IMG/VR virus record: IMGVR_UViG_3300047558_000137
Coordinates: 310,315-374,314 of that record
Length of the DNA: 64,000 nucleotides
Reading direction: 5' to 3' (one strand)
In this document: one piece after another, positions 47,389-57,437 of the stretch
Layout of the letters: the number at the start of each line of letters is the position of its first letter
Numbering within the stretch: the stretch's first letter is position 1
Position numbers and translations under genes: made by a program
Notes under the pieces: model-generated
The model's input: the letters and a program-made list of their open reading frames with translations, nothing else
What the model was told of the DNA's origin: nothing
Databases searched by the model: none

Positions 47389-47811
47389 TTATGCAGCATC
47401 AGTGCTGTTAATATTGTGTATAATGGTAATGCGGTTTGGGTTTACTCCTGGGGCCGGCGGTGGGCTTGTGAATGTTATGTTAGTTGTGCCGTTAACATTG
47501 TAGTTAGTAACCGGCTGTTGATATACACCACCAATGAATACTGCAATTGCACTAGCATCTGACTCAGCTTGTGCCATAGTAAAGTCAACAGAGCTTCCGT
47601 CTCCAGTTAAGTCATCAACAACTAGCTGTACTGTACCAATCTTGGCAATTTGATTCCATGATCCGTTGTAATAAAATTCAACCTTATTGTTAGTTTGGTT
47701 AAATCGAACCACTCCATCTACTGGTGCATCACCTAGAGCAGATGTTGCAATAGGAAGTCTAACACCAAGTACACCTGGGGTGATGTCTGGGTTTTTAAGT
47801 AGTCGTCCCAT
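47389..47811 (-). CDS. Virion structural protein
   Basis: GDGSSVDFTM...VFIGGVYQQP module shared with neighbouring fibre proteins. Confidence 0.8.
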   Translation of the reverse strand: MGRLLKNPDITPGVLGVRLPIATSALGDAPVDGVVRFNQTNNKVEFYYNGSWNQIAKIGTVQLVVDDLTGDGSSVDFTMAQAESDASAIAVFIGGVYQQPVTNYNVNGTTNITFTSPPPAPGVNPNRITIIHNINSTDAA

Positions 47812-47813
47812 TA

Positions 47814-48128
47814 TTAAATTCCAATCGAACTTACTGTTGCTGTTACACTGTCACCTGCGCTACAATTTGCACGAATGCTATCACCGTTTGCTAAAATAAA
47901 TTTTTCAGCGTAAATGATGTATGTATTTTGTGCTGTGATACTTACGTTGGTGTAAATGGCATTGTTAGCGTTAGCAATAACGCCAGACCCTGTTACCATG
48001 TATACGTTGCAGGTCACTGTTGCACCTGTTGTATTGCACAAATGAATTGTTGTAATTGCACTGCTACCAGAGCTAGCATAAATGTTAGCTGCGGTTCCGC
48101 TTGTTAATCTGGTATTTTGTATAGCCAT
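47814..48128 (-). CDS. Small virion structural protein
   Basis: Resembles 38733-39062 (ITTIHLCN / ISTIAVCN; LANGD / LGNTD). Confidence 0.75.
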   Translation of the reverse strand: MAIQNTRLTSGTAANIYASSGSSAITTIHLCNTTGATVTCNVYMVTGSGVIANANNAIYTNVSITAQNTYIIYAEKFILANGDSIRANCSAGDSVTATVSSIGI

Positions 48129-48138
48129 TTAATTTACC

Positions 48139-48711
48139 TTATCCAAAAATAATACTGTACTTAATTGCTGCGGCCTGCGTGGCCAACTCTTGTGCAGCCA
48201 ATGTTGTGTTTGTTACATATAGTCCCGAACCGCCGCCGCCCGGTGTCTGACTATAAACTACGTTGTATCCACTTACTGCTGTGGGAACAACTGCGGTGTT
48301 TTGTATAGCAAGATTGCTGTCAACGGTTACATTGGCTGCGGTTGATGAATATAATGTGTACCCTAACATATCTAGGTTAGAGTTTAATGTTAACCCGCCA
48401 GTTGAGCTAGATGTAGCGATATTAGCAAATGTTGATCCATCTGTAGTTAACTGCCATTGATCATATGCTTCATTCCATCTAATAGATGTTGTAGCAGATG
48501 ACCCCCTGTCAATTTCAATACCCGAGTATACCGCAGTAACTCCGGCGCCCGTTTCGCCTTTGTTCAGTGTAATAATGTTATCATCTACAGACGTATTTGT
48601 ACTGGCCACAGTGGTCTGTGTCCCTGTAACTGTCAAGTTACCAACAATAGTGACATTTCCACCAATACTTTGTATTGTGTAATCACCTGCGACTTTTTTG
48701 TACGTTGCCAT
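48139..48711 (-). CDS. Virion structural protein
   Basis: DNIITLNKGE..AGV...SGIEIDRG; late box upstream. Confidence 0.75.
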   Translation of the reverse strand: MATYKKVAGDYTIQSIGGNVTIVGNLTVTGTQTTVASTNTSVDDNIITLNKGETGAGVTAVYSGIEIDRGSSATTSIRWNEAYDQWQLTTDGSTFANIATSSSTGGLTLNSNLDMLGYTLYSSTAANVTVDSNLAIQNTAVVPTAVSGYNVVYSQTPGGGGSGLYVTNTTLAAQELATQAAAIKYSIIFG

Positions 48712-48763
48712 TCTGAAAACCCTGTTTTAGTATATTTAGCCCAAACAAACAGAATAAAATTTC

Positions 48764-48792
48764 AAAAAAATAGCAGCCGAAGCTGCTATTTT
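48764..48792 (-). terminator. Intrinsic terminator with cUUCGg tetraloop
   Basis: ATAGCAGC-TTCG-GCTGCTAT-TTTTTT. Confidence 0.85.
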
Positions 48793-48811
48793 GATTTTAC
48801 AGTTTAAACGA

Positions 48812-49894
48812 TTAGAAACCGCCCGTTGCTGTGTTATAAGCCCATGTTAGTTCGCTACCTGCAAACTTGGCGCCGTTGGCACCTTGTGCATATACTTGTG
48901 CTTTACATCCGCCAGTGTGTTCACTGAACCAAATACGAACTGGATACCATTGACCTGCTGTTAGTGTTACAGAGTTAGCACCGTATACACCCGATGTGGC
49001 TGCATTGCTGGGCATTGACTTGTTGTTGCTGCCTAACAAACGTGTGGCGTTAGCCGGTGTTCCGGTTGCGGCTGTGCCAATCCACATAGCTATATGATCG
49101 TCTGATTCGGCGTAGAAGTTATAGTTTTGTGTAGTTGGAACTTGCACATACCCTTTCCATTCCATACTGAACAAACTTTCGCCTAGGCCCGGACCGTCTG
49201 ATTGTTGTCCCCAACTTACATAGGTATCAGCGATAGATTTGATTGCTGTTGCTGTATCAAAGAAACTATAGTTCCATGTTGCTGGAAGTGAGTTACTTGC
49301 GGCAGTAAAGTTACCATCATATTTGGTTCTCCACAATCCCGATGCAGAGTTAGATACACTCGCAACGTTTCCACCTGGGTTGTATGGTGTACCAATGTTT
49401 GCGTATGTAACACCTGATAAGGCGGCTGCACCAAGTTGATATGGCGTATCGCCGGATCCGGGGACTGGGTAGTCACCGTTTATGTCATCACCTTCTAAAT
49501 CAGTGGCACTTGCCATTGCAGAGTTAGTACCAGCTTCTTCAACTTGCCAATACCCGTCAGTGGTACTTGTGCTAAAGTTCCATGGGAAACTTTGGCGGCT
49601 TCCACCATATACTACCGTAATACGATGACGGTTAATTTTTGTTGCTTGTTGAACTGTGCCATCATCATATTTAAACGAAATAGACATTTCACCTGGTTGC
49701 AAGTCTGCACTTGCTTTGTCTTTTAAATAGCAAACGGCAGTATTACCGTTGGTGTCGATACACTTAAATCTCTTAGAGCCTGTCTGCTCAAGAATATAAC
49801 CTTTCACGCTGGCTGTACCGTTGTGAAATTGTACTTTAAGGTTATTACCTGAATCTGCACCGAATAATTGTTGTTTACTTAAAGGGCGTCCCAT
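48812..49894 (-). CDS. Putative head decoration protein with C-terminal PA14 domain
   Basis: FSMEWKGY..VPTT..YNFYAESDD...WI...LTAGQWYPVRIWFSE..GG is PA14-like. Confidence 0.75.
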   Translation of the reverse strand: MGRPLSKQQLFGADSGNNLKVQFHNGTASVKGYILEQTGSKRFKCIDTNGNTAVCYLKDKASADLQPGEMSISFKYDDGTVQQATKINRHRITVVYGGSRQSFPWNFSTSTTDGYWQVEEAGTNSAMASATDLEGDDINGDYPVPGSGDTPYQLGAAALSGVTYANIGTPYNPGGNVASVSNSASGLWRTKYDGNFTAASNSLPATWNYSFFDTATAIKSIADTYVSWGQQSDGPGLGESLFSMEWKGYVQVPTTQNYNFYAESDDHIAMWIGTAATGTPANATRLLGSNNKSMPSNAATSGVYGANSVTLTAGQWYPVRIWFSEHTGGCKAQVYAQGANGAKFAGSELTWAYNTATGGF

Positions 49895-49905
49895 TCTTAG
49901 ACTCC

Positions 49906-50379
49906 TTAAGCGTATGCTACTTGTACAAAACCAGTTGTACCGGCGGCGTAATCTGTAACATATTTGTTACTAGTTGTTGCTGCGGCTAGGTGATAACGAT
50001 ATTTGTTACCAGACCAGTCCCATACAAATTTGTTAGTGATACGTGCTGCATAGAAAGTGCTTGCATCGGCCAATGTAACTAAAATGTACATTTGACCTGC
50101 GGCCAATGTACCAGAGTTAACTAGTTGACATTGTCCTGTACGTGTACCATCGGTTACTAAGAAATCTTTGCGACCTTTTTGTGCTTTAATAGAACCGTTA
50201 CCAGATGATCCGCCAGTTAGAAAAACCTGTGGTTGAATCTGACGGCCAGTTTGGCTAGTTAGACCACCTGTACCACCTACGTAAGTACCAGCTGGAATTT
50301 GTGTTGGCATAACATAACGGTCATGCATCTGCCCGTTTGCAGATTCTGTTTTTGTAATTTTTAATGCGCCTCTTGCCAT
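49906..50379 (-). CDS. Putative head decoration/structural protein
   Basis: Strong SD TAAGGAG; IKAQKGRKDFLV resembles the N-terminal module of 48812-49894. Confidence 0.7.
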   Translation of the reverse strand: MARGALKITKTESANGQMHDRYVMPTQIPAGTYVGGTGGLTSQTGRQIQPQVFLTGGSSGNGSIKAQKGRKDFLVTDGTRTGQCQLVNSGTLAAGQMYILVTLADASTFYAARITNKFVWDWSGNKYRYHLAAATTSNKYVTDYAAGTTGFVQVAYA

Positions 50380-50400
50380 TTTATTTCTCCTTAAGTTGGC

Positions 50401-50450
50401 GTTCTAGGCCTACGCAGTGGCGCTGCGTAAACTCTCAATTAAGAGCGAAC
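50401..50450 (-). promoter_or_regulatory. Structured 5' UTR (three-way junction) after a late promoter
   Basis: GTTC...GAAC closing stem with CTCT/AGAG and TACGCAG/CTGCGTA hairpins, starting 2 nt after TAAATA. Confidence 0.6.
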
Positions 50451-50457
50451 ATTATAT

Positions 50458-51330
50458 TTACCGTAATTTGGAGAAAAGATAGTCGGCCCAAAGTGCGTGT
50501 CCTGCAGAGTTAGGATGGCAGGTGCTGCCTTTGAGGTTGTATTCGCTAGTGCCCAGAAAGTTCCAACGTGTGCCCACACGATCCATGATATCTAAGAACT
50601 CAGCTTTACGAGTTACATCATCTTTAATAAACTTTTCAGTCAGAGGAGTAATGCTCATTTGCCCAATAAACGGCACAGGCTTTTGATAGTTGTCAAAGTC
50701 AACCCGATCCTGTATCACATCGCACCAGGTTTTATCTAATAGAAATAGTTTAGGATTTTCTGCCCAACTATCTGTAAACGCCCTACTTACATACCAATCG
50801 ATCATTGGATGTCTATTAAATATTGCTTCTAGATTGTTAAACAAGTATTGTTCAACTTGCACTAGAAATTGTTTGAGGCTGTTGCTTGAATCCCAGAATT
50901 TTGTATATTGCGGTGTTAGGTCTACTACACGGTTGTAAGTGGCTTCGCGTAGATCTTCTGTTAAGGTAATAACAACATGAACTTCTTTATAGTCGTAAAG
51001 ATATGGTTCTATTGCTCCTAGCTGTTCTAGCATCCAATAGTTGCTACAGCCGGGTTTAGCAATATTAACCCAACTTGCGCCCATTTGATCTGCTAACTTA
51101 CGCCCGAATATTTGTGTAAGGCGAACAGGATCGTCACTTGCCCGTTCCCAGTCGATGCAACCTAGGTGGTCTCCCCAGGTCCAGCTATCGCCTATTGTAA
51201 TTAGTAATTTATCATTATGTATATCTTCGTGATACCATCGACGATAGGTATACGGGTTAGCAGGGTCATAGTCTTTCTGTCGATGATCTATGGCCTGTTC
51301 AGGAGTCAACGATTGATAAAATTTATACAT
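50458..51330 (-). CDS. SGNH/GDSL-hydrolase-like protein
   Basis: IGDSWTWG, NIAKPGCSN, HPNSAGH. Confidence 0.75.
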   Translation of the reverse strand: MYKFYQSLTPEQAIDHRQKDYDPANPYTYRRWYHEDIHNDKLLITIGDSWTWGDHLGCIDWERASDDPVRLTQIFGRKLADQMGASWVNIAKPGCSNYWMLEQLGAIEPYLYDYKEVHVVITLTEDLREATYNRVVDLTPQYTKFWDSSNSLKQFLVQVEQYLFNNLEAIFNRHPMIDWYVSRAFTDSWAENPKLFLLDKTWCDVIQDRVDFDNYQKPVPFIGQMSITPLTEKFIKDDVTRKAEFLDIMDRVGTRWNFLGTSEYNLKGSTCHPNSAGHALWADYLFSKLR

Positions 51331-52309
51331 TGAATATTTTTTTTATTCTATTGTCGTAAGGTATAACATTCAAACATCTTTGATTGTATATAAAGATATC
51401 TTGATAGTCATTATATAGTTTAGGAATGTCTAGTGTCAACAGTCTATTAAATTCTCTAGTTAATGCCGAGAATCTTTCGGCCGGATCTTCTATAGTATCA
51501 AAACTGTAATTAACAAATGGTGCTAGTTCAAAGCCTAGTTCTCGCACACGCTGTACACTACCAGGGTTAGCAAATGGTAAAATTATATGCCCTTTTACTA
51601 ATGGATCGAATGTTTTTTCCGTTATGTGTATTAAATCTGATTCTACACAATTACTTTCTACGTAGATACTTATGTAACTATCTAGATAAAAATGATTAGG
51701 CACTGGACTAAACGCACCAACTACACTTTCAGGTTCTAGAAACTTTCCTTGGCTGCGATTAGAAACGTAGCCATCTAGATCTTTTACAAAGTTATATAAT
51801 TCTTTTCGCCAGCCGTATTCTCTACCTAGCAAACTCATGAACATCTTAGATCTAGTGTTAATAAAATCTAAGTCAGGTAAGCGATAGCCTTGATATTTGT
51901 AGTGATGAAGATATAAGTTCTCTGGTACAGACTCTGTGTAATAGGCTTTAAATCTATTCCACATAAAATCCCATGCAATAACTTTTACGCCGTCTATTGC
52001 AAAATCAGGACTTTGATTTACAGTCAAATAATATTTGTTTGGATGCTTAAACTCTGAAACAAATTTATAAAATCTTCTATGATCGTAATCACTTATATTA
52101 ACTAGGTCGTAAAACACAACAGCACGAGATTCATCTGCTAAATGTGCGGCTGTAGTTTCCCATATTAACTTGTGTGTATTGTAATGGTCCACTAGTGGAT
52201 AAAAGTACACATCGTTGGGTAGATTGTTTACGTCTAGTCCAAGTATTTGTAAATGATAAGGTAGGTCGTCGCCTTCAATACCTTGTGTAACGTTCGGTAT
52301 ATAATGCAT
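51323..52309 (-). CDS. Glycosyltransferase-like protein (TEKTFDPL..GH family)
   Basis: ISIYVES...ITEKTFDPLVKGH; paralog of 1-808 and 3942-5051. Confidence 0.65.
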   Translation of the reverse strand: MHYIPNVTQGIEGDDLPYHLQILGLDVNNLPNDVYFYPLVDHYNTHKLIWETTAAHLADESRAVVFYDLVNISDYDHRRFYKFVSEFKHPNKYYLTVNQSPDFAIDGVKVIAWDFMWNRFKAYYTESVPENLYLHHYKYQGYRLPDLDFINTRSKMFMSLLGREYGWRKELYNFVKDLDGYVSNRSQGKFLEPESVVGAFSPVPNHFYLDSYISIYVESNCVESDLIHITEKTFDPLVKGHIILPFANPGSVQRVRELGFELAPFVNYSFDTIEDPAERFSALTREFNRLLTLDIPKLYNDYQDIFIYNQRCLNVIPYDNRIKKIFNV

Positions 52310-52985
52310 TGAGAATGTCTGCTATCTGTATGTGCCCTTGTTGATTAGGGTGAAATAATTTGCCTAGAAAAAATTGATTAGTTGTTATATCGGGTAAACG
52401 GTATTCTTGTCCTGTTAGTAAGTATGTTATTGTGTCCCTAATAACTGTACGCATACTAACAATGTCAATATATTTGCTCAAATCCACTGATTCAAAGTAA
52501 CTAAAGAATAAACAGTCAATGTCGTTATTTTCACAATAGTTTTGAAATGCAAATATTGTTTGTGCTGCAACAAAACTATTATATTCATTGCACTCGACCA
52601 TACGATACATTTCGCCGGCTAGAGTATTAAAATCTCTAACTACCTCCGGTGGTCTGCCTGACTGATGTATGTCGCCGGTGCGGTAATTTGCTTCAGGAGT
52701 AATATTAACAAATTCGTTTAATCTGTTGCTATAGGTTAGATATCGGGTGGGGCCAGACAATCCTACCATGAATATTTTTTTAGTATCTTGATACTGTTCT
52801 GCCTGTTGTATGTAGTCAAACAATTGAACTGTTAAATGCCCAACACCGCTAGCAGGACAACTTAAATTTAATGTTTCTGCGTTACGTTTTCTGCCTAGAT
52901 GTGCTAACCAATTTTGTTCGTCGGGTCTATCTAGTTCTGATCCAAAAGTCCAACTATCGCCGAACCCTACTATTAGAGTTTTCAT
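52275..52985 (-). CDS. SGNH/GDSL-hydrolase-like protein
   Basis: FGDSWTFG, HPNQQGH. Confidence 0.75.
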   Translation of the reverse strand: MKTLIVGFGDSWTFGSELDRPDEQNWLAHLGRKRNAETLNLSCPASGVGHLTVQLFDYIQQAEQYQDTKKIFMVGLSGPTRYLTYSNRLNEFVNITPEANYRTGDIHQSGRPPEVVRDFNTLAGEMYRMVECNEYNSFVAAQTIFAFQNYCENNDIDCLFFSYFESVDLSKYIDIVSMRTVIRDTITYLLTGQEYRLPDITTNQFFLGKLFHPNQQGHIQIADILNALYTERYTRY

Positions 52986-53002
52986 AACATTACTTAGCCA
53001 AC

Positions 53003-53027
53003 AAAAAAGGCTCCGAAGAGCCTTTTT
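53003..53027 (-). terminator. Intrinsic terminator after major capsid gene (cUUCGg loop)
   Basis: AAAAAGGCTC-TTCG-GAGCCTTTTTT. Confidence 0.88.
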
Positions 53028-53059
53028 GTCCTTCCCATCCCTTGGGTTGGTATTCCGAA

Positions 53060-54238
53060 TTACTGGAATGATAGGTTAGATACAGTGATCTCACCAACGT
53101 AGTCGCCAGCGTTACCTAGAGACGATGCTGTGTTTGTCAACTCAACATAGCCGTAACGTGTCATGAACGATACTACTGGTTCGAATGTTGTTGGATCTAA
53201 AACAACACCAGAACTCATCAATGGGATGTATGGGCAATAGAATGCCGCTGCATCAGCTTCAGAAGAGCCTTTGTAACCAACTAGAACTGGTTGGCTGTCA
53301 CCAGCGTAACCGTCTACATAAATCTTCATTGCACCGTTCAATGTACCAACAAACTTAGTGTTTGTAGGTGCTTCGAATGTACCTTCTGTTGTACGAGCAA
53401 ATGCAGAAGTAGTTGCAGATTGCAATACTGTCAATGCAGCTGGACTTACAACTGCCCAGTTACCTGCGCCACGACGTGTACGTTGTGCGATCAAGTTAGC
53501 TGTACGGTTGATCAATACTGCTAGAGCAGCGTGTTCATCACCAACGAATGTTGCTGTACCAGAAACGGCAGCTTGGTCGTATGCGTAGTCTGTAGCAGCC
53601 AACGCACGTAGAGAACCTAGGATCTCTTGGTCGATTTCAACTGTGATTTCTTGTGCCAAAGCAGCCATAATTTCAGCTTCAACGTCTAGACCGTGCATAG
53701 ATTGTGCATCTTGTGCAGCTTCAAATGTCCAACGTGCTGACAACTTACGTGTCTTAGCTTCAACAACTTGTTTCAAGATTTGAACGTTGATACGGTTACC
53801 TGCAACGCCTTCTAGGGCTGCGGTAGAAGTAGCTTGTCCAGTTGTGTTGCTACCAGAGTATGCAACAGCAATCTTGAATGGGCTCAATGCCTCGTCACCG
53901 GCTGTAGTACTTGTACCATAGCCGCTACCGTCAGCTACGCTATCAGCGTAACGAACACGTAGAGTGTGAATTTGTGCTACTGGGCCAGTCATTGGCTGAA
54001 CGCCAACGATTTCGTTAGCAATAACAGTAGGCATAACACGACGGATAACTGGTAGAATTACACGGTTAAGTGTAGCTACGTTACCTGCTTGAGTTGCGCC
54101 GCCTGATGCATTTTCTGCCAACATCTTGCGTGTGTTTTCTAAGATCACACCCATAGTAGTGCGCTTAGATCCGTTTAAGCCTTCTAACAGGGCTTCTTTT
54201 GTTTCGCCCCAACGGCTTTCTAATAATGCTTGTGTCAT
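53060..54238 (-). CDS. Major capsid protein (T4 gp23-like)
   Basis: VGVQPMTGP, AKTRKLSARWTFEAAQD, EIDQEI, FYCPYIPL, FMTRYG. Confidence 0.98.
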   Translation of the reverse strand: MTQALLESRWGETKEALLEGLNGSKRTTMGVILENTRKMLAENASGGATQAGNVATLNRVILPVIRRVMPTVIANEIVGVQPMTGPVAQIHTLRVRYADSVADGSGYGTSTTAGDEALSPFKIAVAYSGSNTTGQATSTAALEGVAGNRINVQILKQVVEAKTRKLSARWTFEAAQDAQSMHGLDVEAEIMAALAQEITVEIDQEILGSLRALAATDYAYDQAAVSGTATFVGDEHAALAVLINRTANLIAQRTRRGAGNWAVVSPAALTVLQSATTSAFARTTEGTFEAPTNTKFVGTLNGAMKIYVDGYAGDSQPVLVGYKGSSEADAAAFYCPYIPLMSSGVVLDPTTFEPVVSFMTRYGYVELTNTASSLGNAGDYVGEITVSNLSFQ

Positions 54239-54263
54239 AATACCTTTTTCTCCTATTTAGGGT

Positions 54264-55385
54264 TTATTTAAGCCCTGCTAAACGTTTGATTTCAAACACA
54301 TTGTCTTGCGACTCTGTTTTTGCAACTTCAACGGCAGTTTTAGCAGTTTTATCACCAGTAACTTCTACTACACGACTTTCTGTCAACATAGCTGCTTTAG
54401 GGGCAGACTCTTTAACAGTAGTTGTATTATTTAGAACTGCTGGTAGATACTTTTCGTATGCACTCTGTAATTTATCAGTTTGCACACTTTCTAGTAAATC
54501 ACGCATAACAGTGGCTTTTTCCTTGTTCAATGGCTTCAACATTTCTGCAAGTTTTTCCTTGCGTTCTGCTGATTCCTTGATAATGCGGATTTCTTTCTCT
54601 TTACTCTCAACTACGGCTTGTTTGCTTTCAATTACCTGAACTGCTTCAGACAATTTGTTAGTTACTTTAGCTACAGTAGCTTGTAACTCACGGATTTGCT
54701 TGTTCTCATTTAGATGAGTACCAGCGAATTCGCTTGCAAACGCTTCAAATAGACGACGACCAAACATGTTCTCACGAGCAACTTGGATGTCTTCTTTTAG
54801 TTGAGTCAACTCTGACTCTAACGAACTGGATACGGCCTCTTTAACAGCCTGTGCAGATTGAGTAATGAACTTGCTTTGTAGTTCAGCTAGTTTAGCCTTA
54901 CCTTCAGCAACAAGTTTAACCTTAGCTTCCACTACGGCACGCTTGTCTGATTCAAACTCTTTAATTTCTTCTGCCAGAGCGCGGATTACAAATTGTTCTA
55001 ATTTGCCAACTGCATTTTCGTAAGTTTTACGATCTGCACGTAGTTCTTTGATTTCTTCGGCTAGTTTAGTAACCATGAAACTGTTGAACTTTTCTGCGCT
55101 TTCATTCATGTGTGACTTGAATTTCACACGATCTTCTGCTAATTTTTTCTTTTCGTCTGCGAACTCAGAAAGTTCAGCAGTGAGAGACTCAGTAACCATT
55201 TTGTCTAGAGCTTCAACCATAACTTGTTTGTCATGTTGGTAACGTTGTGCGAATTCTTCACGTAGCTCAGCACGTACAGATTCTTTAGCTTCGGCAATAC
55301 GAGATTCCCAAGCCTCAGCAATAGCTGTGCGTGTGTCTTCGTTAATAATTCCGTTATCCAACAATGGTTTGATAGCATCTAACAT
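54264..55385 (-). CDS. Prohead core scaffold protein (gp22-like)
   Basis: Coiled-coil protein between protease and capsid genes. Confidence 0.9.
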   Translation of the reverse strand: MLDAIKPLLDNGIINEDTRTAIAEAWESRIAEAKESVRAELREEFAQRYQHDKQVMVEALDKMVTESLTAELSEFADEKKKLAEDRVKFKSHMNESAEKFNSFMVTKLAEEIKELRADRKTYENAVGKLEQFVIRALAEEIKEFESDKRAVVEAKVKLVAEGKAKLAELQSKFITQSAQAVKEAVSSSLESELTQLKEDIQVARENMFGRRLFEAFASEFAGTHLNENKQIRELQATVAKVTNKLSEAVQVIESKQAVVESKEKEIRIIKESAERKEKLAEMLKPLNKEKATVMRDLLESVQTDKLQSAYEKYLPAVLNNTTTVKESAPKAAMLTESRVVEVTGDKTAKTAVEVAKTESQDNVFEIKRLAGLK

Positions 55386-55399
55386 CTGGATATTTCTCC

Positions 55400-56038
55400 T
55401 TAAATTTTTAGGTCTTTGATGAGGCGTTTAACTTCCTCTTGCAAGTACTTTTGTACTCTTTGATTTTCCTTGGCTTCACGTGCCATTTCAAAAACCTGTT
55501 GCCCACCGCGCATATTCATTAAGCCCTCATAGATTGCTTTTGGATATGCATTCGGAGCACTAGGTTGTGCTACGATGTCCACAGTAATGATTTCAAAATC
55601 ACTAACGTGGCCTGATCCTTCATTAACATTACCTGATCCACGTGAACTTACACCTAGCTTAACACCGCTTGTTAGCATTGCTTCAACTAGATTGCCCATC
55701 GGAGTAGGTAATACTTTTAATTTTCCAAAACCACAAGGACCGTCCATCCACATTTTTTCAATCATGTGGCTAACACGGTCCAAGTTAATCTTTAAATCGT
55801 CTGGATGATCTAACTCACCCAATACGCTATAGCCCTCAGAAAGTTGGCTATTGATTGCGGTAACAGCTCGTTCAATTTCATGAACGGGATACACCCTTTG
55901 GTTAGCGTTCTTCACGCCACCTTGGATGAATATCCCTTCCATTTTAAGCGTCTTACCTTTTCCGTCAGCAGAGTCTTCGGATAAGACCTTAATCCCTGCC
56001 CGGTCAAAAGTTAAGTGCTCTTTTAGGTACAAAGCCAT
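55400..56038 (-). CDS. Prohead protease (gp21-like)
   Basis: N.NQRVYP, GELDHP, VSH, GVSSRGSG, D.VAQPSAP.A. Confidence 0.97.
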   Translation of the reverse strand: MALYLKEHLTFDRAGIKVLSEDSADGKGKTLKMEGIFIQGGVKNANQRVYPVHEIERAVTAINSQLSEGYSVLGELDHPDDLKINLDRVSHMIEKMWMDGPCGFGKLKVLPTPMGNLVEAMLTSGVKLGVSSRGSGNVNEGSGHVSDFEIITVDIVAQPSAPNAYPKAIYEGLMNMRGGQQVFEMAREAKENQRVQKYLQEEVKRLIKDLKI

Positions 56039-56050
56039 TATCGTTCCTAA

Positions 56051-57106
56051 TTATTTACGGCCTGTGTTCTGTACTTGTACAGACTTCTTGGCTACTGGTA
56101 CGCTACCGCTTGTAGTTTGGCCTTCTTTACCATGTTCAGTGCTATATTCACCTTCTTTAGTTTTGAAAGCACCACCAGCTTTACCACCTGGAACGTTGAT
56201 GTTACCAGATTTGATTTCGCCTTGGCCTTTTGTATATTCGTTGTTTGGTTTTGGTGTTGGCTTACCGTCAGCAGCTTCTTCGTTACCCTTACCGTTAACG
56301 ATGTTACCGTTGTCACCACCAAAGTCAGCACCTGGGCCATTAGGAGATTTGCCGTTAATAGGAGCCTTCTTACCGGCTGCACCAACTGCATCACCTTCGC
56401 TAGCACCTGTTAGATTCATGTCTTGAATCTTGTCTACGTATTCGCGCATTAATTCTGCTGTAGACTTACGGCCTTCCATTTTACCGGAACCGCTCTTGCC
56501 AGATTGTGCAGAACCAGACTTACCTGATTGTGCGCTACCAGCTTTACCGCTAGCTGCTGATCCAGACTTGCCAGAACCTTTAGCAAATGGGTTTTCACCT
56601 TCTGCAATTGGATTTTCTTCACCAGCTGGCTCTTCTTCGCCACCGAATGGGTTTCCACCTTCTTCGCCACCTTGATCTGGCTCAACGTCACCAGCATTTA
56701 GCTCGTCGTCTCCACCTAGGATGCTGTCGAACTTAGCTAGCAATTCGTCAACTTTGTCTTCGATTGTGCTAACTTTAGATTCTAGATCTTGTTCGCCGCC
56801 CATGTCGCCACCTGCGTCCATGCCGTGTTCACCATCAGCTGGGAAATCACCAGAAGCTTCGCCGTCATCGCCGGCTGCATCTAGATCAAATTCGCCTTCG
56901 CCTTCGCCCATAGCTTCTTCGTCAGCTAGTTGGTTGTTTAGGTCTTGTACTTGTGCGCCATGGATGTTTTCTTCCATAGACTCTTCGTCCATGATAGATT
57001 CATAAATGTCGCGGCTCTTTTCTACAACGATGTTATGGAAAAGCTCGCGAGCTTTTTCGTTTTCATCATTGATGATGTATTCAATTAGTTTTTCAAACTT
57101 GTTCAT
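56051..57106 (-). CDS. Acidic prohead core protein (gp67/gp68 position)
   Basis: Acidic Gly-rich protein between portal and protease; SGK(S/A)GSA repeats. Confidence 0.7.
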   Translation of the reverse strand: MNKFEKLIEYIINDENEKARELFHNIVVEKSRDIYESIMDEESMEENIHGAQVQDLNNQLADEEAMGEGEGEFDLDAAGDDGEASGDFPADGEHGMDAGGDMGGEQDLESKVSTIEDKVDELLAKFDSILGGDDELNAGDVEPDQGGEEGGNPFGGEEEPAGEENPIAEGENPFAKGSGKSGSAASGKAGSAQSGKSGSAQSGKSGSGKMEGRKSTAELMREYVDKIQDMNLTGASEGDAVGAAGKKAPINGKSPNGPGADFGGDNGNIVNGKGNEEAADGKPTPKPNNEYTKGQGEIKSGNINVPGGKAGGAFKTKEGEYSTEHGKEGQTTSGSVPVAKKSVQVQNTGRK

Positions 57107-57203
57107 AAGAACTCCTTAATATGTTTGGCTTTGTAAAGTTATTTACAAAACTATGTATATTTCGGGGTTAAATGGGTGTTTTTTGAAGGATTTTGCGGAA
57201 TAA

Positions 57204-57437
57204 TTATAGAACGCCCGGTGCAGCACCTGGTTCTGGAGCAGGTGTGTATTGATTTGCAACGTCTTTTAATTTCTTCTCGTGCTCAAGTTTACGCACGTCA
57301 TGACTGATTCGTAACTGGTGCAGGTGCCCTAGAGTAATACGGTTAGTACGGCTATCCGTGGGTTTCTTTACACTTTGGTCAGCTTTTTGGTCTTGATAAC
57401 CATATGGTGCCGGATCAAATAATTCAGTTACAAACAT
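57204..57437 (-). CDS. Small head-module protein
   Basis: TAAATA-N5-ATG; directly downstream of portal. Confidence 0.75.
   Translation of the reverse strand: MFVTELFDPAPYGYQDQKADQSVKKPTDSRTNRITLGHLHQLRISHDVRKLEHEKKLKDVANQYTPAPEPGAAPGVL

Noticed and set aside
56480-56580. SGK(S/A)GSA repeat as a special element
   Set aside because: Ordinary low-complexity repeat in a disordered prohead core protein
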